The position numbers were made by a program, and so were the translations under genes. The notes under the pieces were generated by a model. The model was given only the letters and a program-made list of their open reading frames with translations. It was not told where the DNA came from and searched no databases. A stretch of 64,000 nt of DNA from Balamuthia mandrillaris (Eukaryota): NCBI GenBank assembly GCA_031835245.2, contig JAVKOQ020000013.1:186001-250000 (forward strand). The letters run 5' to 3'. Below are positions 59,279 through 64,000 of this stretch, in pieces (the first letter of the stretch is position 1; every line of letters starts with the position of its first letter).

Positions 59279-60159
59279 TTTGATTTAGTTTGTTGGCTGT
59301 TCGTCTGGTTTTTTTTTTGTTGGTGGAATTTTTAGAAAAAAAAAATCAAAGAGAGGATCAGCACCAGCGGAAAAAAAAAAAACGTAGCGATAATAATAAT
59401 AATAATAATAATAATAAGAAGATGATGATGAGAAGCTTGACGGACAAACAACCAAATTGCGTTTAAAAAAAAAAGGCAAGAAAGAAGAAGAAAACAATTG
59501 GTTCAATCAAAAAAAGTAGCAGAACTGAAAAAGTTCTTGTTTGCTCATCGACGTTTGATCGATTTAAAAAAAAAAAGAAAGACGATGCCCTGGTGTGGAG
59601 GTCCAAGGTTTTTTTTAAAAAAAGTCCAGAACAAAAAAAAAAACGTTACCTTCTTTTTTTTTTTTAAATACACACAAGAATCCCCCCCAAAAAAAATAAT
59701 AATAATCAACGGTCCTTCACACGGCCCTCGTTTCTACTTTTTTCTTTTGTTCCCCCTTTTGGTTTTTTTCTTCTTGTTTCTTTTTTTTCGGTTTTGTTGC
59801 GCCGCAAGCAAACAACGCACACCACCAGACGACCACCAAATAATAATTATTATTTCAAGCAACGATTTTTTTTTGATTTCCCCTGCACCATTTCAGTGCT
59901 GTGAGTGCAATTCCCATAACTTGATTTTCAACGAGGAGCCGTTTTTTTTGGACATTTTAATTACCCAATTGGGCTGAGGTGGCGCTCAATGATTGGACGG
60001 CATCGTTTCGGAGTGTCATAATGATTAACACAAACTCCGAAGCTTTGACTCCTCAGTCCAAAACATGTTTTCCCGCCAATTTTTTCCCCTCTGCTTTTCG
60101 TTAGGCATGGGTCGGTTGAAATACCCACAAATGGAGCAGGCGTCTTCTTGGGCGAAAGG

Positions 60160-63100
60160 ATGGAAACGGAGGGATGGCCCGCCGCGTACAGTGACGTCCA
60201 ACTGGACGAGGAAGATGAGGAAGACCAAGCCACGCTACCGATGAACGAGGAGGAGTTCGCGTTAGGGGACGACCAAGAGGACGAGGAGGAAGAAGGGGAT
60301 GGGGAAGCGACCACTGCAGCGGCAAAGGCCACCCTCTTTCACGAGCCTGTCCTGTCGCTCTCCTTTGAAGAAGACTTGCTTTTGGTACGTTCTCTCTCTC
60401 TCTCTCTTCTCTGTCTTTCTGTCTCTCTTTCACTCTCTGATCTCTCTATCACATTACACAAAAGGAAGAGGACGAGAACGAGCCCATACTGCTTGTACAA
60501 AATGACCAAGAGCTAGCCCTGCCCGCCTACAAGACCGCCAATAAAGAACCAACGCCAAAGCCCAGCGAGGACTCGGACTACGACTCAGACATTGAGTTAG
60601 ATCTTGGCACTTTTGGCACCGTGGCTTACTCCTCTCCGGTCGCCTTTAGCTCTGCCGCTTCGACCACCTCTTTGGGCTCTTTCCAGAGCTTGTCCAGCAC
60701 TCCAGGAAACGACGATGATGAAGATGAGGAAGAAGACGAAGGCAACGAAGATCCAACAAAAGAACCGCAAGGCAATGAGATCTACTCCCCCTTGGCCCTG
60801 GCTGTATCAGTCGTCTCACCACCGAGCTCTTTGGCTCTCGATGAAACACCTGCGGAAGAGCCTTGTTCTCCTTCTTCACCTCCATCTTCTCTTCTTCCCC
60901 CACCTTCCCCCGTCTCTGTTGCAACGCCTGCAGCAACGCCGAAACGACGCTTAGCCAAACGTACACCCAAAAGAGTGGCTGTAAGACGCAACAAGAAGCC
61001 GAACGATGAGAGAAAGCAAGCACAAGTGCAAGAAGAGAAGAACAAAGCGAAACAAACGTCAAAGAGGGAGATAGAGAAAGAAAAGGAAGAAGCACAGACA
61101 AAGGCGGTGGAGAAGGAAGAGGAAGAAGAGAAAGGGGAGCTCACACTGAGCCTTTGCAGCTCTTTACAACTGGACGACACTCCACCTCCCTCTATCTCCC
61201 TCGTTGATGTTCCCCTGTCTGTTTCTTTGAGCGGAACAAGCTTGGAGGCGATGGGCTCACTCAACGCAGAGGAAAAGGAAGGAGAAGAAGAGGGAATCAC
61301 CAGTCTCGAGTTTACTCTTTCCTTTCCCGGGTGGCAACACAAAGAACGCAACTCAAAAATACAGCAACAACACGATGATGAAGGAGAAGAAAAGCGAGAA
61401 CAAGATGTTACAGAGACAGAGACAGAGAAAGAAAAAGACGAAGAAGGGAACGCAAAAGCAGAAGATGAACTGGATGACTGCTCCGCAGTATCAACGGAAT
61501 GTAGCCACAAAGACGACGGTGAGGCGAACACAAAAGGAGAAGACAGTGAAATAGAGGTTGACCACAGTACTGCTGAAGAAATGACTTCGCAAAGCTCCGA
61601 GGAGGAACATTCCTCATCATCATCTAGCCAGGAAAGCGCCACACAAAGAACCAATACCGACAACAACAACAAAAGCAAAGATAAAGTAACAACAGCAACA
61701 ACGAAAGCTACTCCAATCCTCAAGCTACGTGCCAATAAAGCAGAGGCTTCGTTTCTGCAGTACGTTCGCCGGCGGAAGAAGTCCCCCGAAGACAGCCCTG
61801 CTTCCCAGGAAGAACCTTCAAAGCAAGCAAAGCCCAGCAAGAAGAAAGTCGCCATTCGACGACAGGCCAAAGTTGCTTCTGCTTCTGCATCCTCTTCGTC
61901 TGCATCTTCCCCCTCTGCAACGAAACGTCTCGCCATCAAATCGAAGCAACGTCCTCAAAAACCACATTTGCTCATTGCACCGGAAGAAGACGAAGAAGAA
62001 AAAGTGAAAGAACACGAGAAGAAAAAGAGTATGGAGGAATCAACCAAACGAAGCGAGGCTGAACACGAAGAGGATGAGGATGACGAAGGAAGAGACAGTG
62101 ATGACAGTCAATATGCCAGCAAACAATATACATCAGAGAGAACGAGATTAACTCAATTGACGAGGAAGAACACAGCAATGAACGCACGTACCACGCAAGC
62201 TGCTTTGAAACAGAAACAAAACAACAAAAATGATGGAGAGAAAGGTGACGATGAGGGAGGTAAGCAACGGCAAAAGAAAGCAGATCCGGAATGGACCAGC
62301 ATCAAGGCCAAAGCGCAAAGAAAACGGAGCAAAGCTCGCCAACAAGCCCGTAAACGAGTTTCCTTTGTCTCTGTTTCCAGCAGCAGCAGCGAAGAAGACG
62401 ACGAAGCACAAGAAGATGATGGAGACAAAGAAAACGAGAATGTTCAACAACAGAAGAATCGTAAACAGCTACAGAAGAAGAAACACCAACCCCAACAAAA
62501 ACAAAAACAAAAGCAAAAGAAGAAAGAGTCATCAGAGGAAGATGACGAAGATGAAGAAGAGAAACCGCAAAGCAAGTCGAACAATTCTACACGAAGAAAA
62601 GCGATCCGCTCCAACAATTCGAAGACCAACACAAAGGACAACAAGCAAAAGCGTGGTGGACGTTCTCCTTCTCCTCCCACCCGGCCTTTGCCCCCGGAAG
62701 ACGATGAAGTTGGTGTTCCGGAAGAGTTCACGTGGCCAGCCATTGAAGCAAAGCTTCTTTCAGAGGTATCTGTCTCTCTTTCTCTCTACCTTCTTGCTGT
62801 TCATTTGGAAGACTTACACTTTTTTAAAAAAGGAGGAAGGATTGACGGGCATTACTCCCAAGTACGAGCGGTTCATGTTTCGGGGACTTCGTTTCATCGT
62901 AACGGGCATGCCCAAAGACCACCTCGATGATGAAGACAAAGAAAACAATCCTCGCAACTCTTCTCCTCGAAATGGTGATGGTTCGACTTGTTATTATCCT
63001 CTTCATTCTTTCTTCTTTCATTCTTCATTCTTTCCTCTGCATTGTTCATTCTTCCTCCTTCCTTCTTCACTTGCTCCTACTTTCTTCATTCTAACTTTAC

Positions 63101-63894
63101 AGCAAACAACAAATAATCAGACGAAACCAACGTGACAGCCTCTCGGCTTTGCAAGTTCATCGAACAAAACGGGGGCCACGTCCTGGACTCCTTTGTCAAT
63201 CGCGGCATCACCACGGGGCGCCCCCCTCCCCACTACTATCGCAAAGAGGGCCTCCCCCAGACCTTGCTCCTCTCCACCCGAACGCACCGCACGGTCAAGT
63301 ACTTTGTGGCGGTGGCAGCGGGGGTGCCCTGCCTGCACTTCAACTGGCTCCTGCATTCCTTGCGGCAGCGATGCTTGTTGCCCTGGCAGCTGTACCTCTT
63401 GCCCTCTGGCTATTCGCTCGCCGAGAAGCCTGTTTTTATGTACGTGCATGGAGACCACTTGTTTTTGTGTCTTGCTCTTCGTCTTCCACGAACTAAACAA
63501 GCAACAAACCAACAGAACGGAGCATCAACCCGATCTCTTTGAAGAGTCACGCATCGAAGTGGTGGGCAGCCCGGACTTTAAGGAGCGATGGCGGCCCGTC
63601 CTCAAGGAAGGAGGGGCCAAGCTGGTGGAGCGGCTGTTCAGCCCGCACGAAGGGCGGGTGGACCTGATCGTGAGCGAACCCCATCCGCCGGACTACATGC
63701 GGCGCAAGTTCAAGGAGATGAGAGAGGTCCCCGTGGTTTCGCCCGAGTGGATCATTCAATCCTTGCTCGCTCAGGAGTGGCTAGACCCCCAGCTGGATGA
63801 ACGGTTCTACTTTGAACACGACCCACTTGTTTCTCCTTCTTCTGGCGAACAGAAAATGACAAAGGAGAAGAAGAAGAAGAGGAGACCCCTGTGA
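60160..63894 (+). CDS. Tandem-BRCT DNA-damage checkpoint mediator-like protein (53BP1/Crb2/Rad9 type) with long disordered N-terminus
   Basis: FRGLRFIVTG, IEQNGGHVL, RTVKYFVAVAAGVPCLHFNW, YLLPSG, W..VL..GGA, PVVSPEWIIQSL. Confidence 0.8.
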
Positions 63895-64000
63895 ATAGTT
63901 TGCAAAGAGAGAGAGAGAGAGAGAGAAAAAAATAGACAACATCATTGTCCTTTTCTCTTCTCTGTTTTTTGTTACGAGTGTTTGGACAAGTATAAGCCGG

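Noticed and set aside
60782..61939. Long antisense ORFs (also 35816-36793, 38441-39370, 26177-27196)
   Set aside because: Shadow frames of real genes caused by low-complexity or GC3-rich codon usage

Overview
Gene-dense, intron-rich eukaryotic nuclear DNA. The style suggests an amoebozoan protist (short GT-AG introns filled with sense-strand (CT)n, A-rich start contexts, CYRI/coactosin/Hv1 content); Balamuthia- or Acanthamoeba-like is an inference only. About 27 protein genes were hand-spliced: PDAT (5'-truncated), a secreted Cys-rich protein, SCNM1, a LURP/Tubby-like protein, cysteine dioxygenase, OCD/mu-crystallin, two tandem secreted paralogs, two tandem Hv1 proton channels, a Rad6-like E2, a double ADF-H protein, TPR, a DUF6940-like protein, a 2xF-box/GTPase-like protein, a START protein, UAP56, a MORN protein, a small bacterial-like ORF, a DUSP12-like/STE20 fusion, a GHKL-ATPase/HExxH protein, Vps54, USP, an EBAG9-like protein, CYRI and a tandem-BRCT protein. 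Highlights: (1) a DUSP12-like pseudophosphatase (HC to LS) spliced in frame to an intact STE20 kinase; (2) a clear AT-AC U12 intron plus SCNM1; (3) candidate poison micro-exons in a long UAP56 intron; (4) a Hv1 pair with reciprocal D/E swaps; (5) a prokaryote-like GHKL plus zincin protein; (6) a GTCGAC motif recurring near gene starts. No tRNA, rRNA, CRISPR or transposon was recognised. Family assignments come from motif recall, not database searches.
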